From positions 1 through 64,000 of the forward strand of contig CAWAWS010000022.1 of NCBI GenBank assembly GCA_963785725.1: a DNA stretch of 64,000 nucleotides, read 5' to 3'. The position numbers and the translations under genes were made by a program. Position 1 is the first letter of the stretch, and each line of letters begins with the position of its first letter. This DNA comes from an uncultured delta proteobacterium. GTDB taxonomy: Bacteria > Myxococcota_A > Polyangia > Palsa-1104. Below the pieces are notes generated by a model. That model was not told where the DNA came from. It saw nothing but the letters and a program-made list of their open reading frames with translations, and ran no database searches. Shown piece after piece: positions 23,605-34,860 of the stretch.

Positions 23605-25494
23605 TCACGGCGCCGGGCGGTCGCTGCGACGCACGATGACGAACTCGACGCGGCGGTTCTCCGACCAGCAGCGCGGACCATGCGCCTGGCAGACGGGCTT
23701 GGTCTCGCCGTAGCCGCGCGACTGCAGCCGCTCGGCCGCCACGCCCTTGCCGACGAGGTAGGCCTTGACCGCGGCCGCGCGGTCGTCGGTCAGCTGCAGG
23801 TTGTAGTCGTCGTCGCCGCGCTCGTCGGCGTGACCCTGGATCTCGATGAGCAGGAGCTGCGGGTTCACTTGCAGCGCCTCGGCCACCGCGTCCAGCGTCG
23901 AATACGAGATCGGCTTGATGACGGCCTTGGCGGTCTCGAAGAAGATCGGCTCCAGTAAGAGCAGCTTGCCGCCGCGCAGCCGCGTGATCGACTTGAGCGG
24001 GCAGCCGCGATTCTCCTTCGGGCCCCACGCGTGCGGGCACTCGTCGTCCTTGTCGAGGAGTCCGTCGCCGTCGCTGTCGAGATATGGGCAGCCCTGGTTC
24101 TCGACGGGACCGGCGACCTCGGGGCAGGCGTCGTCCTTGTCGATCACGCCGTCCTTGTCGCGATCGGGCCACGGGCAGCCGCGGTTTTCGGCCGGGCCGG
24201 GCACGTCGGGGCAGGCGTCGTCGCGATCGAGGATGCCGTCCTTGTCGCGATCGGACACGGGGCAGCCGTGGTTCTCGATGGGGCCGGGCTCGTTCGGGCA
24301 GCGATCGTCGCGGTCGAGGATGCCGTCCTTGTCGTTGTCGGGATCGGGGCAGCCGTCCTCGTCCTCGAACCCGTCGAAGTCCTCGGGATCGTCGGGACAG
24401 CGGTCGACGTCGTCTTTGATGCCGTCGCCGTCGCGATCGCCGATCGAGGGCTCGAAGATGAAGCCGATGAACAGCCGAAAGTCGGGCGAGCCGGTCATGC
24501 CGCCGGCGATCGACCGCGGCAAGAGGCCGGCGCCGCCGCCGATCTCGAAGTACGACTTGTCCGCCAGGTAGACCTTCGCCGCCACGAGCCCCTCGAGCGG
24601 GCTCGCCGCCGCCTGTCCGCCGAGCGCCCCATAGCCGTACACTTCACCGACGAGCGCGAACCGCTGCGGCACGATGGCGTAGGACAGGCCGAGCCCATAC
24701 GTGAGCTGCGAGCCGAGCGCGCGCGTCGCTTGCGTGCCGCAGGCGCTCGACCCGGGCGCGGCGCCGAGCAGCGTCGACGGCTGACAGAACGCCGCGCCGC
24801 CGGCGACATCGGGGACGCCGCTGAGCGTCGCGCCCTGGTCGGTGTACGCGTGCGTCGCCGGCCGAATCAGCGCGCCGGCGTTGAGCGCCAGCTTGAAGCG
24901 CCGCCGGCGACCGAATTCTTTGTCGACGATGAGCTCCGGCCGCAGCGTCACCTGCCCTTCGCCGAGGAACTTCTTGGCGTCGCCCGAAGGCGCGTAGAGC
25001 GCGAAGCCGACGGCGAGCCCGAGCGGATACTTCGAGGTATCGAGCAAGCGCGCCTTGACGTGAAAGCCGATGTCGCCGACCGACTGTCCCGAGAAGGTGA
25101 GGCTGTCGTTCTGGTTCGGATCGGCGTCGGCGAATTTGGGCGAGCGCGTGCCGAGCATGATGTGCACCGGCAGCGAGACGCCGAGCTCGAGCCGCTTGAA
25201 GAGCCCGATGGCGAGCTGCAGCTGCGGCGTCAGGTAGTGCTCGACGTCGAGCTGCGCGCCCTGGCCGGCGAGGTGGAGCACGTCGTGCGCGTACGAGCCG
25301 ACGAAGCCGAGCGAGAAGTCGAGGTGGCCGAGCAGCTGCGACGCGTTGACGGTCACATAGCCGTTGGAATCGACGGCGGGGCGAAACGTCTCCAGGCTGA
25401 ACGCCGGCGCCCGCGCGTTCTGCGCGCGCGCCGGCGGCGACGAGAAGCAGACGACCACGAACGCGCACACCAGCGAGGCACGACGACGATCCAT
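23605..25494 (-). CDS. OmpA-family protein with beta-barrel and thrombospondin type 3 repeats (TraB-like)
   Basis: Signal peptide, amphipathic strands, DRDGDGIKDDVDRCP-type repeats, OmpA C-terminus (IQGHAD, YNLQL, RGYGET, NRRVEF). Confidence 0.85.
   Translation of the reverse strand: MDRRRASLVCAFVVVCFSSPPARAQNARAPAFSLETFRPAVDSNGYVTVNASQLLGHLDFSLGFVGSYAHDVLHLAGQGAQLDVEHYLTPQLQLAIGLFKRLELGVSLPVHIMLGTRSPKFADADPNQNDSLTFSGQSVGDIGFHVKARLLDTSKYPLGLAVGFALYAPSGDAKKFLGEGQVTLRPELIVDKEFGRRRRFKLALNAGALIRPATHAYTDQGATLSGVPDVAGGAAFCQPSTLLGAAPGSSACGTQATRALGSQLTYGLGLSYAIVPQRFALVGEVYGYGALGGQAAASPLEGLVAAKVYLADKSYFEIGGGAGLLPRSIAGGMTGSPDFRLFIGFIFEPSIGDRDGDGIKDDVDRCPDDPEDFDGFEDEDGCPDPDNDKDGILDRDDRCPNEPGPIENHGCPVSDRDKDGILDRDDACPDVPGPAENRGCPWPDRDKDGVIDKDDACPEVAGPVENQGCPYLDSDGDGLLDKDDECPHAWGPKENRGCPLKSITRLRGGKLLLLEPIFFETAKAVIKPISYSTLDAVAEALQVNPQLLLIEIQGHADERGDDDYNLQLTDDRAAAVKAYLVGKGVAAERLQSRGYGETKPVCQAHGPRCWSENRRVEFVIVRRSDRPAP
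24000..24445 (-). repeat. TSP3 Ca-binding repeats (DxDxDGxxDxxDxCP, about 6 copies)
   Basis: Repeated gtccttgtcgcgatc / gcagccg units. Confidence 0.85.
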
Positions 25495-25539
25495 GCAACC
25501 AAAGACGGATCGGCGCGCCGCATCGTTTACACGCTGACG

Positions 25540-26569
25540 TTATTCGACGGAGTGTTCGAGCGCCTTGAGCGAGTCGTGCTCGACGTGGGTGTCGGGCTCG
25601 GGCGGCCGCGTCGCCGGCGTCCGCTGCGGCGGCGCGGCCGGGGCGGTGCCGCGGTCCGGCGCGCGCACGGCGGTGGGCGCGCGCGTCGGTCGGCCCGGCG
25701 CCGCGGCGTGCGACCCGGCCGGCTTCGCCGTTTGCGGCTGAGCCGGCTTCGTCGTTTGCGGCTTGGCGGGCTTGGTCATTTGCGACTGCGCCGGCTTCGG
25801 CATCTGCGACTGCGCCGGCTTCGGCATTTGCGACTGCGCCGGCTTCGGCATTTGCGGCGACGCCGGCGGCTGCGGCGGTTGCGCCGGCTCCGCCGAGTCG
25901 AGCGCGACCGGCACACCCGGGCCGCGCTCCGACAGCTCCACGCGCGCGCCCGCGTTGACGACGACCTCGCCGGCCGCGCCGCTCGACACCGCGACGCGGC
26001 CGCCGGTGACGGCGAGACGGCCGCGCCCCGCTTCGTCGACGGTGAGCTCGAAGGCGCAGCCGAGAATCGGTCACCACCGCGCGCGGCGTCGTGACCACGA
26101 AATGGCGCGGCGGCGCGTCGATGACGGCGGCGAGCGTGCCGTGCGCCAGCTCCAGCTCGTGCCGCGCGACGCCGGTCGCGACGATGCGCACGCGCGTCCC
26201 CGGCGCCAGCTCGACGTGACCGAGCTCGGCGACGGCCAGCCGCACGCGGCCGCGCTCGCTGTCGAGCCAAGCGCCGACGGGCAGCCGCGCCGCGCCGGTC
26301 AGCGGGCGGCCGTCGATGGTCGCGGCGCCGTCGCGCACCGTCGCGGCCCAGGTCGCGGCGCCCTGCCACCGCCACGGCTTGACAATCAAGAGCGCGACGA
26401 GCGCGGCCGCGATCGCCGACAGCCCGGCGGCGATCCAGATCGGGCGACGCGGCCGCCGCGCCGGCAACCGCGGCGGCGCGCCACGGTAGCCGAGCGACCC
26501 CAACAGGCCCTCGAGACGCTCGACCTCGGGATCCGGCTCGCCCCGCTTGTCGAAGAGATAGTCACTCAC
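25540..26569 (-). CDS. FecR-like anti-sigma factor with Pro/Gln/Lys-rich repeat tail; frameshift near 26065
   Basis: DYLFDKRGEPDPEV, one TM, GHVELAPGT, ELAHGTL, VTTPRAVVTD then LGCAFELTV; overlaps the ECF sigma stop. Confidence 0.75.
25718..25870 (-). repeat. 24-bp coding tandem repeat (PKPAQSQM-like, about 6 degenerate copies)
   Basis: Units of ggcttcggcatttgcgactgcgcc. Confidence 0.85.
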
Positions 26570-27114
26570 GACGCGGCCACCTTTCCGTCGATGCCGAGCT
26601 TATCGCGCAAGAGCTTCATCCCGCGGTGCAAGTTGATGCGCACCGAGCCCGGCTCGAGGCCGGTCACGGCCGCGATCTCGGGCCCGCTCATGCCTTCGCA
26701 CAGGCGCATGACCAACGTCTCACGATATGCCTCGGGCAGGCTACGGATCGCGTCGAGCACGTGACGCACCTCGGCCACGTCGCTGGAGCTGGCGCTGCGC
26801 GCGTCGGGCCAGGCGTCTGGCAGCGGCAGCGCCTCGGTGTTGCGGCGCCGACGATGGCAGTCGACCGCGCGGTTGCGCGCGATGGCGCCCAGCCAGGCGC
26901 CGAACCCCGCCGGGTCGTCGAGCTGGGCCAGCTTCTTCCAGGCGACGAGGAACACCTCTTGGACTTGATCTTCGGCCTCCGCGGGCGGCAGACGCGCCAG
27001 CAGGATCGCGTGCACCATGCCTGCAAAGCGCGCGTGCAGCTCGGCGAACGCGCGCTGGTCGCCGGCGGCGGCGGCGCGGATCAGCTGCGGCAACAGATCG
27101 CTCACGTCACTCAT
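26566..27114 (-). CDS. ECF RNA polymerase sigma-70 factor
   Basis: GDQRAFAEL, AEDQVQEVFL, FGAWLGAIARN, LPEAYRE, EIAAVTG. Confidence 0.92.
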   Translation of the reverse strand: MSDVSDLLPQLIRAAAAGDQRAFAELHARFAGMVHAILLARLPPAEAEDQVQEVFLVAWKKLAQLDDPAGFGAWLGAIARNRAVDCHRRRRNTEALPLPDAWPDARSASSSDVAEVRHVLDAIRSLPEAYRETLVMRLCEGMSGPEIAAVTGLEPGSVRINLHRGMKLLRDKLGIDGKVAAS

Positions 27115-27213
27115 AGGACGAACGAGCCACCCAAAGTGTTAGCACGCCGCTCACGACGGCGACGCCGTCACGGTCGCGTCAGTGCCGGTGTGGGCCGCGG
27201 TAGGTGCCGATCG

Positions 27214-27402
27214 TCAGTCGCCGCTCGTGAAGGCGTAGCCGACCATCGTCGCCAACGCGCCGGCGATGAACAGCGCGGGAAGCGTGCCGGTCCAGCCGAC
27301 GAACGGCTTTCCGATGAAGGCGCCCGTGATGACGAAGACGACACCAATAGCGATCATGGCGGTCCACACCGTCCCGTGCGTCAAACGTGAGGATCCGATC
27401 AT
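27214..27402 (-). CDS. small two-TM membrane protein
   Basis: Two hydrophobic helices; GGAGG upstream on the minus strand. Confidence 0.55.
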   Translation of the reverse strand: MIGSSRLTHGTVWTAMIAIGVVFVITGAFIGKPFVGWTGTLPALFIAGALATMVGYAFTSGD

Positions 27403-27597
27403 CAGCGCCCTCCGGTTCGTAAGAGGGCGTTATGCGAGAACCACGCCAGCGTTTTTGACGCGGGCGCCTGCGTCAACGCTGCCCGGCCGCACGCGACCAT
27501 GAAATCTGCAGTGAGCGAGCGGGCGTTCGGAGAGCGATCGCGCGGCCGCTCGTAAAGCCGCGACGCCGCCGAACCGTCGAGGCAGCGTACCGGCGTC

Positions 27598-28416
27598 TCA
27601 GAGCTTGCGGATGAGCGCGCCGATGCGCTCGGCGTCCATCGGCGTCGCGGCGGTGTAAATCACCATGCTGAGGTTGGGTTGACCGTCGACGGCGAAGGCC
27701 GAGAAGTCCAGCGCGATCGCGCCCAGCTCGGGATGACGAATCTCTTTGGTGCCTTCGCCGTGCGTGCGCACGTCTTTGTCGTTCCACATCGCGGCGAGCT
27801 CGGGATGCGCGCCGCTCAGCTCCTCGACCAGCTGCTCGGCGCGCTTCGACGTGCCGGCGCGCGCGGAGTCGGCGCGCAACGTCGCGACCATGAAGCGCGC
27901 GACGCTCTCCCAGTTCGGACTCGCGCGGCGGCTCGGCTCGAACATGACGCGCAAGATATTCCGCTGGTCGGGCGGCATCCGCGCGTAGTCGCCGAAGACC
28001 GCCGTCGCCGCGCGATTCCAGGCGACGACGTCCCACGTCGACGTCTTCACGTAGGCCGGGCTCAGCGGCAGCGCGTCGAGAATCCGCTGCAGCCGCGGCG
28101 AGACGATCTCGTGCGCGTCGTAACGAACCTCCGGCGGTCGGCCCTGCGCCAATAAAAAGAGGTGCTCGCGCTCGGCGGCCGTCAACGTGAGCGCGCGCGC
28201 GATGCGCTCGAGCACGTCGGCCGAAGGCGCGCCGCCGCGCCCTTGTTCGAGCCACGTGTACCAAGTCGCGCTCACGTTGGCGCGCTGCGCGACCTCCTCG
28301 CGACGCAGGCCGGGCGTGCGCCGGCGCGCCGCCGAAAAGCCGAACGCCGACGGATCGAGCTTGCCGCGCCGATCGCGCAAATAGGCGCCCAGCTGATTGT
28401 TCTCCGCTTCGCTCAT
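27598..28416 (-). CDS. XRE-family HTH regulator with MmyB-like ligand-binding domain
   Basis: RRRTPGLRREEVA, WYTWLEQGR, DVVAWNRAA, HPELG. Confidence 0.9.
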   Translation of the reverse strand: MSEAENNQLGAYLRDRRGKLDPSAFGFSAARRRTPGLRREEVAQRANVSATWYTWLEQGRGGAPSADVLERIARALTLTAAEREHLFLLAQGRPPEVRYDAHEIVSPRLQRILDALPLSPAYVKTSTWDVVAWNRAATAVFGDYARMPPDQRNILRVMFEPSRRASPNWESVARFMVATLRADSARAGTSKRAEQLVEELSGAHPELAAMWNDKDVRTHGEGTKEIRHPELGAIALDFSAFAVDGQPNLSMVIYTAATPMDAERIGALIRKL

Positions 28417-28515
28417 GTCAGCCTGTCACTCGCCATACCAGTATATCGTCACGGCTTCACGAAGCACGCCGCAAGCCCAATGCTCTAGCCCGAGGACATC
28501 GAGGAGGATTGGATC

Positions 28516-29412
28516 ATGCGAGTTTTCGTCACTGGCGCCACAGGATTCATCGGATCGGCGATCGTTCGCGAGCTCATCGGCGCGGGCCATGAAGTGCTCG
28601 GCCTCGCGCGCTCGGAGGCCGGCGGCAAGGCGCTGGCCGCGGCCGGCGCGCACGTCCATCGCGGCAGCCTGGAGGATGTCGACAGCCTAAAGCGCGGAGC
28701 GGCGACGGCGGATGGCGTGATTCATTGCGCGTTCATTCACGACTTCTCCGACTTCGCGCGGAGCTGCGCGACCGACCAAGCGGCGATCGAGGCGATGGGC
28801 GCGACGCTGGCCGGCTCGAACAAGCCGCTCATCGCGACGTCGGGCGTCCTCGGCCTGGCGCACGGCCGTACCGGAACCGAAGCGGATTCGCCGAGCGATG
28901 CCTTGCCGCGCAGGTCGGAAGCGGCGGCGCTGGCGCTCGTGCCGCGCGGCGTGCGCGCGATGGTCATGCGGCTATCGCCGTCGGTGCACGGCGACGGCGA
29001 CCACGGCTTCGTGCCGCAGCTGATCAAAGTCGCGCGCGAGAAAGGATTTGCGACGTACGTCGGTGACGGGAAAAATCGCTGGCCGGCCGTGCATCGGCTC
29101 GACACAGCGCGGCTCTATCGGCTGGCGCTCGAACAGGGCAGCGCCGGCGCGCGCTTCCACGGCGTCGATGACGAAGGCATTGCCGTCAAAGACATCGCCG
29201 CGGTCATCGGCAGACGCCTGGGTGTGCCCGCGCTCGCGAAATCGGCCGAGGAGGCGAGCGCGCTGCTCGGCTTCATCGGGATGGCGCTGGGCATGGACGC
29301 GCCGACGTCGAGCCAGCTGACGCGCGACAAGCTGGGCTGGAAGCCGACGCATGGCGGGCTGATCCGCGATCTCGAAGAGGGGCGCTACTTCGACGAGGTC
29401 GCGCGCTCATGA
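28516..29412 (+). CDS. NAD-dependent epimerase/dehydratase-type SDR
   Basis: MRVFVTGATGFIG, VIHCAF, SVHGDGD, RWPAVH. Confidence 0.9.
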   Translation: MRVFVTGATGFIGSAIVRELIGAGHEVLGLARSEAGGKALAAAGAHVHRGSLEDVDSLKRGAATADGVIHCAFIHDFSDFARSCATDQAAIEAMGATLAGSNKPLIATSGVLGLAHGRTGTEADSPSDALPRRSEAAALALVPRGVRAMVMRLSPSVHGDGDHGFVPQLIKVAREKGFATYVGDGKNRWPAVHRLDTARLYRLALEQGSAGARFHGVDDEGIAVKDIAAVIGRRLGVPALAKSAEEASALLGFIGMALGMDAPTSSQLTRDKLGWKPTHGGLIRDLEEGRYFDEVARS

Positions 29413-30008
29413 AGGTCGTGGTCATCGGCGCAACCGGGACGATCGGCAAAGCCGTGGCGGACGCGCTCGCGACGCGCCACGAGGTGATTCGCGCGGCGCG
29501 CCGAGGCGACGTGCGCGTCGACATCGAGGATCAGACGTCGCTGGCGGCGCTGTTCGACACGGTCGGAGACCTCGACGCCGTCGTCGCCTGCGCCGGCGAA
29601 GTGGGCGGGCTCTTCAGTCCGCTCGATGACCTCAGCGAGGCGCAGCTGCAGCGCGCGCTGCGCTTCATGACGAACGCCTTTCATGTCGTCCGCACGAGCG
29701 CGCGCCGCGTGCGCGATGGCGGCTCGATCACCGTGACGACGGGCCAGCTGGCGACCCAACCGCAGCCGGGCACCGCGGCGCTGACGATGGCCGGCGCCGG
29801 CACCGAAGGCTTCGTGCGCGCGGCGGCGCTGGAGATGCCGCGCGGCGTGCGCCTCAACAGCGTCTCGCCGGGCTGGATCAAAGAGACGATGGAGAAGATG
29901 GGAATGAACAGCGCGATCGGAATGCCGGCGAAGAAGCTGGCCGAGTATTACGTGCGCGCCGTCGAAGGCACGATGAACGGCACCATCATCGACCCAACGT
30001 CGTCGTGA
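29409..30008 (+). CDS. short-chain dehydrogenase
   Basis: IGATGTIG, EGFVRAAALE, RLNSVSPG; ATGA-coupled. Confidence 0.88.
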   Translation: MKVVVIGATGTIGKAVADALATRHEVIRAARRGDVRVDIEDQTSLAALFDTVGDLDAVVACAGEVGGLFSPLDDLSEAQLQRALRFMTNAFHVVRTSARRVRDGGSITVTTGQLATQPQPGTAALTMAGAGTEGFVRAAALEMPRGVRLNSVSPGWIKETMEKMGMNSAIGMPAKKLAEYYVRAVEGTMNGTIIDPTSS

Positions 30009-30180
30009 GGCGCGTCGGCTGGTACCTCGCCACAGTGACTTTGATGGGTCCCCGGCGAGGGTTCGGCGTTCAGGGCGAGGCGCGACGACGAAGGAATACT
30101 GTCTGTATTTCGAGGAGGAGCAACGAAGCCATGGACGTCGATGACCGGCGCGGACCGGTCGAAATCACCGTGGTGAGGTA

Positions 30181-31647
30181 CTAGAAGCTGCAGCACAAGA
30201 TGCGGTGCGGATCGCCGGTCGTCGTCACGGTGCTGACGCCGAAGATGACTTTGCCGGCGCTGCACTGGCCCTTGTAGGCGCCGGGATCCCAGTCGCCGTA
30301 AGCGCTGTCGCCGCGATCGTCTTGGGTGACGAGGTGCGTCTCGCAGTTGCTCGTCCCGCCGTTGGCCAGGCCGGCCGACGCGCAGCTCAGCCCGTGCAGC
30401 TTCTTGGTCGACGGATTCATGCTGATGCCCGACACGTATTCGTTCGTGCCGCATTCACTCTTGTAGTAGCCCACGTCCCAATCGCCGGCGCGCGCGAAGC
30501 GTCGATGATCGCCGTTCGACACGTCGGTGACCGTGGTGCGGCCTTCACCCGTGAAGATCCCATTGGGCGCGCACAAGACAGCGTCTGCCATAGACAAGTC
30601 GGTGCGCTGGCTCAAGCCGGTCGCCACGGAGCCGCCGCCGCAATCGGCCTTCCAATAGCCGAAGTCCCAGTCGGAGATCGCGTTGTCGTCGTAGCCACCT
30701 TCGAACGCGTGCGCCGGCTCGACGGTCTTCGCCGGTAAGCCGTAGCTCGCGGAGATGTCCGTCGGTCCCCAATTCGCGCCCGCAGTCCAGGTGACGTCGG
30801 GATAATAGAAGCCGCCGGTGACTTGCGCGGACGAGCGCCACTCGGCCCACTGCGTGCGACTGGCGGTATTGCTCTCCTGGCCGGGGACGACGTGAAAGCC
30901 ATTGCCATAGGCCGCGTCCCATTGCGCCGGATCGTTGCCGGCGCCGCCGTCATAACACTGTAGATAGACGACATCACAACCGGTGCCGAGATTGTTCTTC
31001 AATTGCACCCAAAACGATTGATTCATATAAGGCGCCTGCGTCAGCTTCAGCTCCAAGCCATTGAGCATTTGCCCGAACGCCGTCGAGGACGAGAGGTCGT
31101 AAGTCTGCTCGTCATCGTCATTGATGGCGTCGATTCCGGGGACGGCGTTCTTGAGGGCTTGGAAGTTCCGATAGAGGATGCTGCCGGCGCCGGTCCCTTG
31201 CGCGCCGACCAATGCACGAATGTTGTCGTAGCTCTGATCGCCCCAACCGCCGACGGTTACCTCATAGCGATAGACGGTCGTCGGCGGCGACTTCAGCGCT
31301 TCGATGTTCGCGCGCCAATTGGCGTCGCCCAGATAGACGCCGTTGCTCACGAGCGTCGAGCCGCCGGCGGTGATGTCGCCGTTGGGCTGTACGCTGGCGG
31401 CAAACAAGAAGAGCGTGTTCCAGCCCGAGGTCTTCAGACTGGCGACCGAAGAGGCGCCGCTGAAGCGATAGAAGTCGTTGCCGTCTGCGCCGTAGACGGC
31501 GGTGAACGCGGTGAAGCTCGAGGTCAACGCCGATCCCGTCGCGCTGCGGTCATCGCCGACTTGACCGCCGACGCACGACGAGGTCAGCGCCGCCACGCAC
31601 AGCGAGACGACGATCGAGCAGGCTCGCAGTGACCGATGATCGTCCAT
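30181..31647 (-). CDS. secreted GH18-like (Endo H-like) glycoside hydrolase with C-terminal triple DWD repeat domain
   Basis: Signal peptide/lipobox, VTVGGWG, GIDAINDDDE; C-terminal DWDFGYWKADC, DWDVGYYKSEC, DWDPGAYKGQC. Confidence 0.6.
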   Translation of the reverse strand: MDDHRSLRACSIVVSLCVAALTSSCVGGQVGDDRSATGSALTSSFTAFTAVYGADGNDFYRFSGASSVASLKTSGWNTLFLFAASVQPNGDITAGGSTLVSNGVYLGDANWRANIEALKSPPTTVYRYEVTVGGWGDQSYDNIRALVGAQGTGAGSILYRNFQALKNAVPGIDAINDDDEQTYDLSSSTAFGQMLNGLELKLTQAPYMNQSFWVQLKNNLGTGCDVVYLQCYDGGAGNDPAQWDAAYGNGFHVVPGQESNTASRTQWAEWRSSAQVTGGFYYPDVTWTAGANWGPTDISASYGLPAKTVEPAHAFEGGYDDNAISDWDFGYWKADCGGGSVATGLSQRTDLSMADAVLCAPNGIFTGEGRTTVTDVSNGDHRRFARAGDWDVGYYKSECGTNEYVSGISMNPSTKKLHGLSCASAGLANGGTSNCETHLVTQDDRGDSAYGDWDPGAYKGQCSAGKVIFGVSTVTTTGDPHRILCCSF

Positions 31648-31955
31648 CACGACGGGGCGCCGAGCTCGCATGCGCGACCGTGCTGCAGGCGGCGCGCCAA
31701 GCGCGACGATGCGGCCGCAGCGACGGTAAGCCCCGTCGGCCGAGCCCGCGGCGCGACCGCAATTCGTCTCGGCCAGGATACGAATCGGGGCGCCCACCCC
31801 CGCGCGACCCGCCTGGCGCTCGGCGATCGTCGACATCGCGGCGAAACGGATCCTGTGGCAAACGGCCGAGCCGCCGGGCGCCATCGGCCGCGAGCCCCAT
31901 CGGCGCATTGCCATCACCGCACCGGCGCGACCCGCCGTCGCGCCTTTAGTGCCCT

Positions 31956-33552
31956 TTAGTGCCCGCCGCCGCCCGACAGCGTGTGCCGCGGCTTCTCAAG
32001 GAGCAGCGTCACCAGCAGCGCCAGCAAGAGCCCGATGCCGAGCAAGTAGAACGTGTCGCTGAACGCCACGACGTTCGCCTGCTGCCGCACGCGCGTCGCG
32101 ATGGCCACGACCGCCTTGTGCCCGGCGGTCGCCGAATCGGCCACGCCGTGCGCCATGAAATACTGCGTCAGCTGCTCGATGCGCTGCCGCGTCGCGTCCT
32201 GCAGGATCGAGATGCGGCTCACGAGCACGTTCGAGTGGAACTGCTCACGCTTGATCTGAAACGTCTGCAGCGACGCAATCGCGATCGCGCCGCCGAGATT
32301 GCGCATCATGTTGAACAGCGCCGACGCCGAGCCGGCATTTTCGGGCTCGATGTCGGCCGTCGCCAACGCCGACAGCGGCGTGAACGCCAGCGCCTGACCG
32401 ATCGCGCGCACGAGGTTGGGCAGCAATAGCTCGCTGGCGCCCGAATCGCTGGTCAAGTGCACGTTCATGAAGTTCGAGGCCGCGAAGAGCAGAAAGCCGA
32501 CGGCGATGACCCGCCGCGGATCGAACCGCTTCATCAGCCTCGGCACGAGCGGAATCAAGAACAGCTGCGGAATGCCGGTCCAAGCGAGCACGAAGCCGAT
32601 CTGCTCGGAGTTGTAGCCCTGAATGCGCGACATATAGAGCGGCAGGATGAAGACGGAGCCATAGAGCGCGACGCCGAGCAGCAAGTTGGCGAACATGCCG
32701 AAGCCGAAGTTGCGCCGCTTCAGGAGCCGCAAATTGAGCAGCGGCCGCGCGCGACCGTCAGCTCGATCATAGAAGAAGGCGGCCAGCGATACGGCGGCGA
32801 CGACCGACAAGCCGCACGATGAAGGGCGAGCCGAACCAGTCGTCCTTGTTGCCCTCTTCCAGCACCGTCTGCAGGCCGCCAGGCCGATCGCCATGGTGAC
32901 GATGCCGGGCCAGTCGCCCTGCCGCAGCAGGCCGAGCTGCATCGGCGTCCGCTCAAGCGAGAACCACAGCATCGCCACCATCAAGATGCCGGGGACGATG
33001 TTGACGTAGAAGATGTACTGCCAGCCGCAGTTCTCCGTCAGATAGCCGCCGATGGTCGGCCCGATCGCGGGCGCGAACGTCGCCGAGAGGGCGAACAGCG
33101 CGAGGCCGACCGGCTGCTTCGCTTTCGGCAGCATCGTGATGATGATGGTGAACGCCAGCGGGATCAGCACGCCGCCCGAGAATCCCTGGAGCGCGCGCAG
33201 CACGATCATCTGCTCGAGGTTGTGCGCACAGCGCGCAGGCGACCGAGAAGAGCGAGGAACAGGCCGGCGTTGACCAGCAGATAGCGGCGCACCGAGAAGA
33301 CCCTGCGCCAGCCAGCCGGTCAGCGGGATGACGACGATCTCGGCGACGAGATAGGAGGTCGAGATCCAGCCGCCGTCGTCGATGCCGGCGCCGATGGCGC
33401 CGCGGATGTCGGCCAAGCGAGGCGTTGACGATCTGGATGTTCAGGATGGCCATGAACGCGCCGAGCGTGGAGCCGATGACCGCGAGCCACGTCTTCCAGT
33501 CGGTGCCGCGCGCGTCGTTGGCGGCCGCGGCCTGCGCGCCCTGACCGCTCAC
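31956..33552 (-). CDS. emrB: DHA2-family MFS efflux permease (EmrB-like); frameshifted in this sequence
   Basis: GAFMAILNIQIVN, WISTSYL, RALQG, APAIGPTIGG, NMMRNLGG; GTG overlaps the emrA TGA. Confidence 0.85.
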
Positions 33553-34743
33553 GGCCGCACGCGGCTCGGCGGGAGGCTGAGGCTCGACACGCGTTCGCTC
33601 GCCCTCGGCTCGGCGCGCGCGCCGCGCGTGTCGATGGTCGGCTCGACCGACATGCCCGCGCGCAACAGCTCGCTCAAGTCGGAGTCGCTCGAGCACGATC
33701 TTGACCGGAATGCGCTGCACGATCTTCGTGAAGTTGCCGGTGGCGTTGTCGGGCGGCAGCAGCGAGAACTCGAGACCGCTGGCCGGCGACACGCTGTCCA
33801 CGTGGCCATGCAGCGTGCGCCCGGGGAACGTGTCGATCTCGATCTCGACCGGCTGTCCGGCGCGCACGTCGGTGAGCTGCGTCTCCTTGAAGTTGGCGAC
33901 CACGTAAGCGCCCTCGAGCGGCACCAGCGCCATGAGCTGCGTGCCGGCGTTGACGTACTGGCCGACGCGCAGCGTGCGCGCGCCCACCGCGCCGTCGAGC
34001 GGCGCCGTAATCCTCGTGTACGAGAGGTTGATCTCCGCCTGCTGCTCGGCGGCGCGGCTGCTCTCCAGCTGCGCCAACGCGTGGCTGCGCTGCGTCCGCA
34101 AGACGAGCGTCCGTGCGCGCGACGACACCACCGCCGCCTGATCGCGACGCAGCTGCGCCGCCGTCTGATCGCGCGTCGCCTCGGTCTTTTGCGCCAGCTG
34201 CACCGTGCTGGCGTGCGCCTCGACGAGCTGCCGATAGCGCGCGGCATCGGTCTCGGCAAACGTGTGCGTGGCCTGCGTCGCCGCCGCCGTCGCCTGCGCC
34301 TCGCCGATGACCGACTGCTGCATGGCCAGCTCCGCGTCGAGGTTGCTCACCGCCGCTTCGGCGGCCGCCACGCTCGCCTTGGCCTGCGTCAGCGTCACGC
34401 GAAAATCGCGATCGTCGATGCGCGCCAGCAGCTGACCGGCTTTGACGCGCTCGTTGTCGCGCACCAGCACTTCGCCGATGTAGCCCGACACCTTGGGCGC
34501 GATGATGGTGTAGTCCGCGCGCACGTAGGCGTCGTCGGTCGAGTGCATGAAGCGCCCGGTGGTCCAATAGTCGTAACCAAAGTGCGCGCTCGCCACGACC
34601 AGCAGCGTCGCCAGCGTCGCCAACGTCGCGCGCTTGCCCCAGCCGCGCCGCGCCGGCAGCGGCTTGGTGGTCGGCCGCTCGGTCGCCGCGCGCTGTTCGT
34701 CTTCCAATGCCAAGGGTTCGATCCCCGAAACTGTGGTGGACAT
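33549..34743 (-). CDS. emrA: HlyD-family adaptor (EmrA-like); frameshift near 33690
   Basis: STDDAYV, ANFKETQL, PPDNATGNFTKIVQRIPVKI, LRAGMSV. Confidence 0.88.
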
Positions 34744-34860
34744 GGCCGTCTCCTCGCGAGCCCGAGCTGTCTCCGGGCTGCCCACAAGATGCGCGGCCTG
34801 GTGCCCGCCGATAAGGCGCGTAAGCTGAGATGGACTATCAAGCAGGAGCGGATAATCCGC

